A DNA stretch of 64,000 nucleotides from the human T2T-CHM13v2.0 reference genome, Homo sapiens: the NCBI RefSeq assembly GCF_009914755.1, contig NC_060925.1; one strand, written 5' to 3'. Positions 11,621 through 26,080 of the stretch are shown one piece after another. Within the stretch, counting starts at the first letter, position 1. Each line of letters opens with the position of its first letter. The notes under the pieces were generated by a model, which had not been told where the DNA came from, searched no databases, and saw only the letters and a program-made list of their open reading frames with translations. The translations under genes were made by a program, and so were the position numbers.

Positions 11621-13304
11621 GCCCACAGCTTAGTTTTTGTATGTAGTTATCATGATGAACTGCATTCTATGGCAAGCTGGCAACTTGTCTTTGCTCACAT
11701 GGCACCTGAATCTCTGAGGGCAGGACCCGCCCTGGTACCTGTGTGCTGCACAGATCTTGTTGCCTAGCAGCACTGGCCCTGAGTTCCTGGCTTATCATGG
11801 AAGTGCTGTTGAATAGGCTCTGGGATTTTGTGAGTTGAGAGTCTTTAGAGACCTATGAACTGCACATACAGCTCCATGCCCTGAGGCCTCACAGCCGTCC
11901 AGACTGAGGGTCGAGCATCTGAGGATCTGAGGGTCCACTGCACTGAGCAATGGCAGGGAGGTCATCTGGAAGGAGAGAAGAGCCTCAGCTGTGCACTGAT
12001 GTGGGCTCATGGACCAGGTCATTGATTCACTTAGGTTTACTTCCTGGGAGTGTTGGGTATGGGTTGGGAGTAGATGTGCCCATTGGCATAGGCTGGGTGG
12101 AGAAGGGCCTCCCCTCTCCTCTGCTACAGCCATCCCTTTGGAGCTTGGCCTCATCTCCTTCACTGCTGTCATAAACACTGGGCCTTGGGCAGGTGGGTCA
12201 TGGAGCGGAACTGCAGAACCCATTGGTGTGGGCTGGGCCAGGTCACTTGTTCACCCACTTGACCTCATAGTCCTGTCCTGTGATGGCATCTGTCTGGCTG
12301 GCTCCACTCTGTGCTTCCCGGATCCCTAGGATAGATGCTGAGATGGGTCCCAGACCCCCGAGACTGAGCACGGCCCCATCATTCTCAGTTTCCAAATCTC
12401 TTTCCTAGACAAGGATCCAACATTTTCTTGCCTTTCACCTGCAGGAAATTAGGACCATTCATAACTTAAGAAATCAGGCTGTTACCGCCCCACTCCCAAA
12501 ACACCTCCCTGAGTCCTGTGCAGGCTCAATGAGGTCTTTGAGAGAGAGGGCACTGAAAATGCAGTGAGTCAACTTCAGAAGAAAAATGGAGAGCTCACCA
12601 GAGATGCATTTTCATGAGAAGGAATATTCAAGGAAGAAAGACTTCTGGAATCCGTAGAACCATGCCCGAGGTCTACTAGAAAGCTCTGTGAATCACAAAC
12701 ACAGTCAAATAGTTTTATGACTGATCTAATGCTTTTGACAGGTTGCTCCACAGAGCTGCTGGACTCACGAGCTATTGATAACTGTACTTCCAGAAGCTAA
12801 ATTCACCAGTTACACACATTTGATAGGGAACATACTTTTCTCTTTCTTGCTTTTATATTCTTTTTCTCTCCTCCCCTGCCTAAATTTTGTGTGCTCGAGA
12901 GACACAGATGCAAACATCACAGAGAATTAACAGCATTTTGGGAGGTGACTTGTGTATCCAGCCTTATGAATGGCCCCAAAGCAATCTTGCTTTCTTGATT
13001 CCTGTGTGCAGATGATTCACTGATGCTCACTCTTGGCATGGATTCTATTAACTTCCATCAGCAGCGTCCCAAGTAGACTGCAGATCCTTTGGTGCCCGGG
13101 ATTTCTGTCTTATCCTTCTTAGGAGCTGCTACAGCTCCAAGTGTAACATCTGATGCACAAAGTGTGCATAAATATTTGTTGGTTGGTTTAGATCTGAAAT
13201 AGGAGTTTGGAGAAAGGAGCAGCCTGCATTAGGTGAAATAGTCTAAAATTTCAACTCCTTCATATGATGCAGTAATCTGTGAGATGTCCAAGCATCTTGT
13301 GGGG

Positions 13305-13342
13305 GACATTTCTAGAATGTTCTAGAATTTCCTAGAATATTA
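13305..13342. promoter_or_regulatory. Extended heat-shock element (HSF site) with an overlapping STAT5/BCL6-type TTCCTAGAA
   Basis: GAC-at-TTC-ta-GAA-tg-TTC-ta-GAA-tt-TCC-ta-GAA-ta-TTA: eight alternating nGAAn units in 5-bp phase, four consecutive ones perfect. Motif only; binding not shown. Confidence 0.6.
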
Positions 13343-13419
13343 CACACCCACAGAGTAATGAGCAGAGCAGATCAGATCATCAGATCTAATCAGAGAGGGG
13401 ATATGATGATCCTGGCAGT

Positions 13420-13970
13420 AGACTGACATATGCTACCTCTCATTCACCACAAAGGGACACACCCTGCTACTTGGCCCACACAGCATCTGTTTTTCCCCCT
13501 TTCTCACTCACAAAACCATGGTTCGTTTGTAGTGACATGTGCCCAACTAAAATGACAGCTCTCCCAGATTCCCTTGAGAATAATGATGGCCAGATAACCC
13601 AAGTATGATCAAGGAGATCCAAATGAAAGTTACTGGAAAAAGCAACCCTTCCCAAACAAAAATTAAAGGCCTCACTGGAAGGAGGTTATTTGCTCCTCAT
13701 CCTTTCACCCTTCCCTTTTCTTCCTACCTGGAAACTGGGAGTGATGGCTGGAGGCACAGCAGCCATCTTGGGGCAATGAGCATAAAAACCATAGTAATGA
13801 TGATAGAGCAGAAGAGGGAAGAACTGAGGTCTCGTGTCGTGGTTGACCATCCTACCAGCTCGGGACTGCCTATCCCTGCTGCATGAGTTAAATAAACACC
13901 CTGACAATTACAGCCACTGTTAGATGGTTTCCTGTTATTTGCAGCTCCGTGTAGTTCCCATGTGCTGCCA
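13420..13970 (+). mobile_element. MLT1J-type LTR
   Basis: GATGGCTGGAG..CAGCAGCCATCTTG, AATAAAC, AGCCACTG, CTGTTATTTGCAGC. Boundaries approximate. Confidence 0.7.
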
Positions 13971-13979
13971 TATGGGTGA

Positions 13980-14351
<372 letters not shown>

Positions 14352-15439
14352 TAAGAAACTCACAGCTCAGAGAAGTGATATAACATGCCTCTGATCACAG
14401 AGCTTGTGGGTGACAAACACGGACAAGCATGTCTTATTCCAATGCCTCCATTCCAAATATTCTTTCTGGTTGTGAAGAAGGGGAAAAGAGCTGAACAAGA
14501 GGTCCGTTCCTGCCTGCAGAATCTCAATTATCATTGGGTAACTTATTCAATAAGTGTTATTATACTTAAGCTCTATCTGTGGTGATGTTCCCATAAACAA
14601 GAGGCCCTTCCCTGTAGAATCTTCTAGACTGAAGGGCTCTCCTTCTTTCTGGAGATCTTCCTCAGGGCAGGGATTTGTGTTTTGCTGTTTGCTAAGGGAG
14701 GTGGCTCCCTCACCCCAGTTCCCACCCCACCTCTCTGACCCAGGTTCCCAGTATTCTCAATGGAGCTGCAGCACCTCTCCCCCTCCATGGTCAACAGGGA
14801 CCAGGGAAAGTTTAATGCATTTGCCACCTACTGAACCATGGACACCAATTGTTGTCAGGACAAAGTTAACTCGGGTTTTCAATTAAAAAGAACACTAGGG
14901 ATCAGCATCCAAATGCTGATGTAGCTGCCAGGAAGAAAGTGATGTAGATCCAGCAGAGTAGGAGTGGCTGTGGCTCTCGCAGGTGCATTTATAAGGAAGT
15001 CTCCTTCTACATTTGTATGTTGTCCATGGGTGGTGTCTAAAGGTTAGAGATAGGAGCCCCCTATTCAAATGGTGTGGCTATTGTAGAATTAAGGGGAAAG
15101 CAAACACTCAGTGAGTGCGTACTCTTCCTTGGCTCTGTGTTAAGCACAGTAAGAGGAGGTGTGTTGCCTCCTCTTACCCCATGACAACACCATGGGGTCA
15201 TCATTACTGTGATTGCCAGTTTAGAGGCAAAAAATAATGGGAGGGCCAGAGAGGCCAAATGACATGCTCGAGGTCCCATAGGAAGATGGGCCAGAGATGC
15301 TTCACCAGAGCCTCTTCTTTTGTCTCTGGGCTGGGGAAAGGGAAGTCTGAGGCCATTGTAGGAAAGGCAAATGTGTCTCTTAACCATTTGATGAGCATCT
15401 CTGTTAGGTGTTCAGGATATAAAATTAATAATCGATGTC

Positions 15440-16325
<886 letters not shown>

Positions 16326-16597
16326 TCTAGCCTCCTTCTAGGGGGAAGCTAAATTGAGTGAGGAAGTGATGAATTCACTGAGAAAACAGGTCAGATATTG
16401 TAGAAGAAAAGATTCCCAAGCCGCTTGCTTATGACCCCATCAATTCCAGCAACGCTTACAACAATCCACTTCCCCAGGGTAAAAAGCTCAGCAACTTTTC
16501 GAGACCAGTGACGCTGAAGATTTCCTGAATGCCTCCAGTGTGCCAGGATTTACTCAGATTAACTCACTCCTTACAACAATTCCAAGAGGATGCTCTC

Positions 16598-16790
16598 TGC
16601 TTAAGTTGCCCCCAGGATCAGATCCTGAGATAACGATTCAAGTGCAAGTTGATTATTTAGGAGAGGAATAGAGAACTGATACAGGGGAAGGATAGTGTTA
16701 TAAAGGGGATGTTGTCAAGCCAGCTTGACAAGGGTGATATCTGGAGTTTAATCCCACAGGGAACCTCTGAGAAATGAGTAGAACACAACA
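16598..16790 (-). mobile_element. LTR16-like ERVL LTR fragment
   Basis: CAGATCCTGAGA...AAGTGCAAG..TTATTT.GGAG and TGGAG.TTAATCCC motifs. Confidence 0.5.
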
Positions 16791-17329
16791 CTGTGGTTTA
16801 ATGTGTAATTTACTATGACGGTGACGGTGATAATGATGGTGACGAGCATCGTGTTGGGGGTGCAGGTGATGATGTGGAGATGATTTCTTTTCTAAATATT
16901 GAAGTATATTTTGCATTTTGATGGGGTTTCTGTCTCTACAGAATAAATTCTTGGTCATTAAAACCCAAATAACCGGAGATGACTGCATTTTTTAAATTTT
17001 TAAATTAAATTTATTTTTTTCCAACTTTTATTTTAGGTTCAGGAGGTACACATGCAGGTTTGTTACATGGGTAAATTGTGTGTCTTGGGGTTTGGTGTAG
17101 AGATTATTTCATCACCCAGGTAATGAGGATAGTACCTGATAGGCAGTTTTTTCATCCTCACCCTCCTCCCAGCCCCCACTCTCAAGTAGACCCTGGTGTC
17201 TGCTGTTGCTTTCTTTGTGTCCATGTGTATTCAATGTTTAGCTCCCACTTATAAGTGAGAATAGGTGATGTTGGTTTTCTGTTCCTGGGTTAGTTTGTTT
17301 AGGATTGTGGCCTCCAGCTCCATCCATGT

Positions 17330-18134
17330 TGTGGTAAAGGACTTGATCTCATTCTTTTTTATGGCAGTGTAGTATTCCATGGTGTATATGTACCACATAT
17401 TCTTTATCCAGTCCACCATTGATGAGCATTTAAGTTAATTCTTTGCCTTTTCTATTGAGAATAGTGCTGCAGTGACATAGGCATGCATGTGTCTTTATGG
17501 TAGAACAATTTATATTCCTCTGGGTGTATACCCAGTAATGGGATTGCTGGGTTGAATGGTAGTTCTGTTTTAAGTTCTTTGAGAAATCCCCAAACTGCTT
17601 TCCATGGTGGCTGAACTAATGTGCATTCCCACCAGCAGTATATAAGCGTTCCCTTTTCTCTGCAACGTCACCAACATCTGTTATTTTTTGACTTTTTATT
17701 AATAACCGTTTTGACTGGTGTGAGATAACATCTCATTGTGGTTTTGATTTGTATTTCTCTAAGATTAAACATTTTTTCATATGCTTGTTGGCTGCATGTG
17801 TTTTCTTTTGAGAACTGTCTGTTCATGTCCTTTGTCCATTTTTTAATGGGATTATTTGTTTTTTTGCTTGTTGATTTAAGTTACTTATAGGTTCTGGATA
17901 TTAGACCTTTGTCAGATGCATAGTTTGCAAGTATTTTCTCCAATTCTGTAAGGTGTCTGTTTACTCTGTTGCTAGTTTCTTTTTTGTGTAGAAGCTCTTT
18001 AGTTTAATTAGGTCCCATTTGTCAGTATTTGTTTTTGTTGTAATTGCTGTTGGTATCTTCGTCATGAAAATCTTTCCCAGTACCTATGTCCAGAATGACA
18101 TTTCCTAGGTTTTCTTCTAGGGTTTTCATAGTTT

Positions 18135-18168
<34 letters not shown>

Positions 18169-21093
18169 AGATGGAGTTTCGCTCTGGAGTGCGGTGGCAT
18201 GGCCTGGGCTCACTGCAAGCTCCGCCTCTTGAGTTTTAAATTTAAATCTTTAATCCACTTTAATCCACCACTTGATTTTTGTGGTGAGAGGAAGGGGCCA
18301 GTTTCAATCTTCTGCACATGGATAGCCAGTTACTGCAGCAACATTTATTGAATAGGGAGTCCTTTCCTCATTGCTTATTTTTGTAGACTTTGTCAAAGAT
18401 CAGATGGTTGTAGGTGTGTGGCTTTATTTCTGGGTTCTCTAACCTGTTATATTGGTCTATGTGTCTGTTTTTGTACCAGGGCATGCTGTTTTGGTTACTG
18501 TAGCATTATAGCATAGTTTGAAGTTGGGTAGTGTGATGTCTCCAGCTTTGTTATTTTTCCTTAGGATTGCCTTGGCTATTCTGACACTTTTATGGTTCCG
18601 TATAAATTTTAGAATAGTTATTTCTAATTCTGTGAAAAATGTTGATGTTAGTTAGATAGGAATAACATTGAATCTATGAATTGCTTTGGGCAGTATGCGC
18701 ATTTAAGCAATATTGATTCTTTCTAGCCATGAGTATGGAATGTTCTATCTGTTTGTGTCATCTCTGGTTACTTTCAGCAGTGTTTTGTAATTCTCATTGT
18801 AGAGATCTTTCACCTCCTTCGTTAGCTGTATTCCTACGTATTTTATTTTTGTGGCTATTGTGAATGGGATTATGCTCTTGATTTGGCTCTCAGCTTGGAT
18901 GTTGTTGGTGTATAGAAATGCTCCTGATTTTTGTACTTTGATTTTGTATCCTGAAACTTTGCTGAAGTTGTTTATCAGATTTAAGAGCTTTTGGGTAGAG
19001 ACTTTGGAGTTTTCTAGGTATAAAGTAATATCATCTGCAATGAGAGATAGTTTGACTTACTCTCTTCTTATTTAGCTGCTTTTTATTTCTTTCTTTTGCC
19101 CATTGTTCTGGCTAGGACTTCCAGTACTACGTTGTGTAGGAGTGGTGAGGGTGAGCATCCTTGTCTCAAGGGGAATGCTTCTGGCTTTTGCCTTTTCAGT
19201 ATAATGTTGGCTATGGGTTTGTCATAGATGGCTCTTGTGATTTTGAGATATGTTCCTTCAATGCCTAGTTTATTGAGGGTTTTTTAACATGAAGGGATGT
19301 TGAATTTTATCAATAGTTTTTCTGCATCCATTGGGATAATCATGTAGTTTTTGTTTTTATTTCTGTTTATTTGATGAATCACATTTATTGATTTGTGTAT
19401 GTTGAACCAACCTTGCATCCCAGGAATAAAGCCTACTTTATTATGGTGAACTAGCTTTCTTGTATGCTGTTGGATTTGGTTTGTTAGTATTTTCTTGAGG
19501 ATTTTTGCATCTATGTTCATCAGAGATATTGGCCTGAAGTTTCTTTTTTTTGTTGTGTTGCCACAAGATTTTAGTATGATAATGATGCTGATCTCATAGA
19601 ATGAGTTAGGGAGGAGTCCTTACTCCTCAATTTTTGGGACTAGTTTCAGTAGGATTGGTACTAGCCCTTCTTTATACATCTGGTAGAATTTGGCTGTGAA
19701 TCCATCTGGTCCAGGGCTTTTCTGGTTGATAGACTTTTTATTACTGATTCAATTTCAGAACTCATTATTGGTCAGTTCAAGGAATCACTTTCTTCCTGGT
19801 TCAATCTTGGGAGATTGTATATTTCTAGGAATGTATCTATTTCTTCTGGATTTTCTAGTTTGTATACATGGAGGTATTTACAGTAATCTCTGAAGTTTTT
19901 TTCTTGTATTTCTGTGGAGTCGATGGTAATGTCACCTTTTCATTTCTGATTGTGTTTATTTGTTTCTTCTCTCTCTTTTTTCTTTATTAGTCTAGCTAGC
20001 ATTCTATCAATCTTCTTTCAAAAAACACACTTTTAGTTTGTTGATCTTTTATTTTTTTTTCTGTATTTCAATTTCATCAGTTCAGCTCTGATTTTAGTTA
20101 TTTATTTTCTTCTGCTAGCTTTGGAGTTGCTTTGCTCTTGTTTTTCTAGTTGCTTTAGGTGCAATGCTAAGCTGTTAATTTGAAATTGTTTCAACATTTT
20201 GATGTGGGTGTTTAGTTCTACAAGTTTTCCTCTTAACACTGCCTTAGGTGTGTCCCAGAGATTCTGGTTTGTTGTATCTTTGTTTTCATTAGTTTCAAAT
20301 AATTTCTTGATATCTGCCTTAATTTCATTGTTTACTCAAAAGTCATTCAGGAGCAGGTTGTTTAATTTACATGTAATTGTATGGTTTTGAGAGGTCTTCT
20401 TAGTATTGATTTCCATTTGTATTGAGAATGCGGTTGGTATAATTTCAGTTTTAAAGAATTTGTTTAGAATTGTTTTATGGCTGATGTTGTGGTTGATTTT
20501 AGAATATGTGCCAAGTGCAGATGAGAAGAATGTATATTCTGTTGTTGGGTGGAGTGTTCTGTAGCTGTCTGTTAGGTCCACTTGGTCAAGTGTTGAGTTC
20601 AGGCCCTGAATGTCTTTATTAGTTTTCTGCCTCAGTGATCTGTCTTGGACTGTCGGTGGGGTGTCGAAGTCTTCCACTATTATTGTGTGGTTATCTAAGT
20701 CTCTTCATAGGTGCCTATGAACTTGTTTTATCAATCTGGGTGCTCCAGTGTTGGGTGCATATGTATTTAGTATAGTTAAGTCTTCTTGTTGAACTGAACC
20801 TTTTATCCCTTCTTTGTCTTTTTTGATCAATGTTGGTTTAAAGTCTGTTTTGTCTGAAATTAGAATAGCAACTCCTGCTCTTTTTTTTGATTTCCATTTG
20901 CTTGGTAGATTTTTCTCCATCCCTTTACTTTGAGTCTGTGGGTGTCATCACATGTGAGATGAGTCTCTTGAAGACGGCATACAGTTTGGTCTTGCTTCTT
21001 TATCCAACTTGCCACTCTGTGCCTTTTAAGTGGGGCATTTAGCCTGTTTATGTTAAAGGTTAATATTGATATGTGCAGATTTGGTCCTGTCAT
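17330..21093 (-). pseudogene. Disrupted L1 ORF2 (endonuclease/reverse transcriptase)
   Basis: ORF fragments MTGPNLHISILTFNINRLNAPLKRHRVASWIKKQD (EN start, 21093), AGVAILISDKTDFKPT and [12 protein letters not shown]...[20 protein letters not shown] (RT), broken by stops and frameshifts. Confidence 0.9.
18138..18228 (-). mobile_element. Severely 5'-truncated AluY nested in the L1
   Basis: 30-T tail plus about 60 bp of Alu 3' end with the AluY diagnostic CTGCAAGCTCCGCCTC. TSD TTGAGTTTT at 18133-18141 and 18229-18237. Confidence 0.85.
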
Positions 21094-21199
21094 GATGTTG
21101 TTAGCTGGTTATTATACAGGCTTGATTGTGTAGTTGCTTTACAGTGTCAATGGTTTATACAGTTAGTGTGTTTTTGAGGTGGCCAGTAATGGTCTTTCA

Positions 21200-22290
21200 T
21201 TTTCACATTTGGTACTCCCTTAAAGACCTTTTGTAAGACAGGTCTGGTAGTTATGAACTCCCTTAACATTTGTTTGTCTGAAAAGGATCTTGTTTCTCAT
21301 TTTCTTATGAAGCTTAGTTTGGCTGATATAAAATTCTTGATTGAAATTTATTTTCTTTAAGAATGCTGAATGTAGGTCCCTAGTCTCTTCTGGCTTGTAG
21401 GGTAGGGTTTATGCTGAAAAGTCTGCTGTTAGCCTAAGGATTTCTCTTTGTAGGTGACCTGTCCCTTCTCTCTAGCTGCCTTTAATATTTTTTCTTTCAC
21501 ATTGACCTTGGAGAATCTGGTGATTATGTGTCTTGGTAATGGTTGTTTTGTATAGTATCTCACAGGGGTTTTCTGCATTTTTTGAATTTGAATGTTGGCC
21601 TTCCTAGAGAGGTTGGGGAAATTTTTATGGAAAATATCCTCAAATATGTTTTCCAAGTTGCTTGCTCTTTCTCCCTCTCTTTCAGGGATGCCAATCAATC
21701 ATAGGTTTGGGCTATTTACATAATCTCATGTTTCTTGAAAGTTTTATTTATTCTTTATTCTTTATTTTTGTCTAACAGAGTTGAGTCAAGGAACCAGCTC
21801 TTGAGCTCTGAGATTCTTTCCTGAACTTGATCTATTCTGCTGTTAATATTTCCAATTGTATTATGAAATTCTTATAGTGAGTTTTTCAGCTCTATCAATA
21901 CAGTTTGATTCTTTCTTAAAATGGATATTTCATCTTTCAGCTCTTGCATCATTTTATTGCATTTCTTGGATTCCTTGGATTGGCTTTCAACTTTCTCCTG
22001 ACTCCCAATGACCTCCACTCCTACCCAGATTTTGAATTCTATGTCTATAATTTCAGCCATTTCAGCCTGGTTAAGAACCATTGCTGGAGAACTAGTGTAA
22101 TCATTTGGAGGTTTGAAAAAAACACTCTGGCTTTCTGAGTTGCCAGAATTCTTGCATTGCTTCTTGTGGTCTGATGTTTCTTTAATCTTTAAAGTTGTTG
22201 TCCTTTGGATAGAGTTTTTGGATTTTATATTCTTTTATGCCCTTGAGGGTTTGACTGTAGTAAAAATTGGGTTCAGTCGAATGGCTTCAT
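21200..22290 (-). pseudogene. Disrupted L1 ORF1
   Basis: Fragments IGIPEREGE..NLENIFEDI...PRHIITRFSKV..KEKILKAAREKGQVTYK (21429-21698) and coiled-coil piece 21872-22081. Confidence 0.85.
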
Positions 22291-22974
22291 TTCTGAAAGA
22301 TTCTGGGGGGCAAGGCTCAGCTTAGCACTCCTGGCTGCATGCTGAAACTCTGGGAGGCTATTATCAGGTCCATGGTTTTGTTCTCTGGTCCCTTAAGGTT
22401 AAGCACCTGCTGGACTGGAGGGGCTGACTCATTCCTAGTCTGCTGGCAACAGCACTCTGCTGGAGGTCACTGGCCAAAGCACTTCAGTGGGGCAGTGGCA
22501 GCAAGGTCCATGCTGATGTGTCCATGCCAACAGTGGTGGTGCATAGTGAGGTACACATGCATAGGTGGGGGTAGAGCTCTAGCGGGGGCAGGGTGTCTGT
22601 GCGTGTGTATGCCAGTGGGGCAGGGTGGCAGTGTCTGTGTAGGGACCTTTTTAAAAAATTACCTGCTATTTAAACAATAAATAGGTAAATTCACACCAGG
22701 TATATTCTGGAATCAGTAGAAGTTCAGAGTGATCATTTATACCTCCCATAGCGTGTCTTGTAGGCTATTAATCCCAGTGAAAGCAGACATCAACACCACC
22801 AAGCTTCTAGCATGGTGGCTGACATAGTGTAACCTGCAGTGAACCTTTGCAGAGTGAAGGATGAGTGTAGACCAACGTATTCAGTGATGGCCCTGTGAAA
22901 GCACAATGGCCTTTTGTATTTAAGAAGTGTTAAGTTCCAGTATAGGTATGTTTTAGTTTTTATTTTGCATTTTT

Positions 22975-23615
22975 TTTCTAAATTTTTGTATTAGATTGGA
23001 GTACAACATATGTATAGTAAATTGTGTAAATCACAAATGTATGGCTTGGTGAATTTTTATAAAGTGCATATGCCCATGTGACCACTACAGAAGTCAAGGT
23101 TTGGGGTGTTGCCTGCACCCTGGAAGCCTCTTTCATGCCTGTCATCTTCATTATTCCCCAAAGTAACCCCAATGAGACTTCTACCATCACAGAATAGTTT
23201 TTCCTATTTTTAAACGTCATTTAAATGAATCATGTGGTTTTTACTCTTTTGTCTGGTTTCATTTGCTCAGTGTTATGTGCCTGAGATTCATTCATGCTTT
23301 TGCATATAGCAGTACTTCATTCTTTTCCATTGCTATACAGAATTCCTTTGTATGATGATATTACAATTTATTTATCCATTCTACTGCTGTTGGACATTTG
23401 AGTATTTCTAGCTTTTTGTTATCACAATAAAGGTGCTATGAACATCCTTGTGCATATCATTTGGTGGATACACGTGTTCATTTTTCTTAGGTATTTACCT
23501 AGAAGTGGAATCTCTGGGGCCTAGGTTAAGAGGGTGTTTAGCTTGAGTAGGTTCTGAAAAACATTTTTCCAGACTGGTTGTGCAAGTGTGTACTCTGCCA
23601 GTGTTGTGTGCCCGT
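22975..23615 (-). mobile_element. Ancient L1M (L1ME-like) 3' end
   Basis: CCCATGTGACCACTAC, CTGAGATTCATTCATG, TGGACATTTG..TATTTCTAG, CCTAGAAGTGGAAT. A MIR follows at about 23620-23850. Confidence 0.8.
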
Positions 23616-26080
23616 CCTAGCTCTGTAGCTGGTCTTGTGTAGGTTCAAATCTCATTCTTGCTGCTTCTGAGCTGTGTGAAATTGGAGCTTAGAAAGGTTC
23701 AGTAACTTGCACCTTGATAACTGTAAAATAAGAATCCTAATTTGTCTACTTCATCTATGCAGAATGAATGCGTTTAAATATATAGAAAAAGAGCATACTT
23801 TAGTAAAGTCCTGGCTTCTGGTGCATGCTCAAGAAGTGATAGCTGTTATCATCCCTATTAGTATTTATCTAGACTATTTAGTGCAACAGACTTATCCACG
23901 CTACACTTTTCCAAGAAAATGGAGACTTGGTATGACTGGGTTATTTCATTTTGATGTTTTACAAGCATGACGAAGGACGTGACCTGAGGCAGAAATGGCA
24001 GGTCTGAGAACTGCATGCCAGAGATCATCCTCCCAGGAACTGTGCAAATTATCTCGCGCAGTGTTATTTTGTAGAACATGGATTTTTCACGAAAGCCTAT
24101 CAAGGGTAGAGTAATTATTCTCTGTGACGGAAAACATCAGTCAGCTAAGATTATCATTCTAGCCAAGCATGTAACTAGGATTAAGGAAATATGCAATTGT
24201 GAAAGATGCTCATGAGGTCGAAGGTTTTTCTTTTTTCACACAGTTGTTAGGGGCTGCAGATAAGTGATTGTCTTTCCAGCTTCACTTCCTCCAAGTCCTC
24301 CCCCAAGCCCGCTTGCCAGAACATGCTGGACTTTTCTGCATCTCAGGGTCTCCACTGGCAACATCTCTCTCCTTCTCCCCTCCCCAGTGAACTTCTTTCA
24401 GTCCAATCGAGAGGCTGCACCCCACAGTAAACCTCCCTCTTACTGCCCCCTGAGCTACCAAAGTAATTCATCACATCCTCTGTTACACGGGTGCCATTAC
24501 ACCTTGAACAGCTGGGTATCTTTGCTTCCTCCGGTCTTCTAGAAGCTTCTCAAAGCCAGAACTTTTCAAGGTTCCTGTTTGTTTCCTCTGCTTACCCAAT
24601 AAATAGTTGATGAGTTAATTCATTCACAGAACACAAAATAGGGCCTCTCTGTGACGCCTTCTAACTCTAAACAACTGCCTTCTTCCACTGCAGTATTGAG
24701 TGAAAGCTTCTCCACCATGGTTGATGCTCCAGGCTCTTTAGAGAGGCCACGCAGGGCAGTGGCAGGGAGCACGGGTGTCAGGTGCAGACCCGGTTGTTGC
24801 ACACTGGCTCTATCGCTTATGAACTGTGAGGTCTTGGTCGGGCTGGCTACCTGCTCTGGACCACAATTCTTCATCTGCGATCCCTAGGGGGCTACCATTA
24901 GAGACACAGCCACATCCACGATAAAGGGCACCAGGGTTCTGTGAATAGGGAGGTTGAAAATCTGCTCCAAGTCACCTGTGACAAAGGGCCTTTGGGAACC
25001 AGGTTCCACCAGAAGACAGTGAGAGAACTGAGGGCACCGCCTGTAGACACTAGGGGAGTATTTGGGGGCGACAGTGTCTGGGAACCTATGAGAGGTTATA
25101 CTTGGTTAATTGCCAAGACCTGTGTGGTAAAAGGATGAAAAAAATGGAAATTAATCAAAAGAGCAAAAGAGAAAATGTTGATGTTTTGGTAGATGTCCAA
25201 ACTCTCCTTGCTATTTTTGCCCTGACATACCTGAAATATGTTGATTTTTCTAAAAGGTTGGGATCAGAGAGACTACGTGACATTATCTGGCTTCCTGCAA
25301 TGGACGTTCAACTTCAGGTTCTCAAAAGTGCCCTGTGAAGGGCTGTGTGAGCCAATGTTTCATTGACTTTCCCATTAGTTCAACATGTAGTCTGTTATTT
25401 CCATGTGCTTATGAAAAAAGATTCTCTAAATCATATTTAGTGCTAATTGTTTCCCTAGGTCTAAATTAGTGACAATAGGAAAAATTAGCTAATATTTTCC
25501 TACTTGGAGGAAGCTGTGTAATAACCTCAGACATGAGTGAGCCCATGGAGGCAGGAGGCCTCTAATCCCTTTTCCACACAGCAGCCAGGAAGGGATGAGA
25601 GCAGAATCCCCCTGGGAGCCCATGTGCAGACTGGGGGCCAGTGTCCCTGGCCCTGCCCTGCTACAAGTACAGAGGCATCCATGCTGGTCAGGGCACCCCC
25701 TTAGACCTAGGAGTCAAGGGAAAATGTTTCAGGATTTCACAAGCAATCCGTAGCAATTCCTTCAAAGAATATGAAGACACATTTCCACAACTGATAAAAA
25801 GAAAACCAATTACAACACAAAAGAGAACTGCAAAACCAGCCTTACTCAGCCTTCAGAGAATCAGGTGACAACTGGCAGATACCAGCTCCTGAGCCAGGAC
25901 ATCACCCAGAGGAGCAGAGACATCAGCAAATGCCTCTTCCTGGGTAGGGAGCCAGGGGGGCTAGTGGGAGCAGCTCTGGGTCTCCTCCCAGGGCAGGTTG
26001 ACTAGGCTCCTCTAAAAACAGTACCACGTCCTTGCCGGTACCTTTATGACCTGGTTGCCCTTCTCTGGGTGGGGACCTGG

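Larger units (their letters stand above)
16988..22645 (-). mobile_element. Near full-length decayed L1PA (about L1PA13-16), ~5.6 kb
   Basis: Antisense 3' UTR after a T-rich tail at about 16990, then continuous ORF2 and ORF1 homology and a partial GC-richer 5' UTR at about 22300-22645. Confidence 0.93.

Noticed and set aside
16712-16731. Hairpin TTGTCAAGC-CA-GCTTGACAA
   Set aside because: A 9-bp stem is plausible by chance in 64 kb and has no supporting context.
16988-22645. Potentially active L1
   Set aside because: ORF1 and ORF2 are fragmented, an Alu is nested inside, the 5' UTR is incomplete and there is no convincing TSD.
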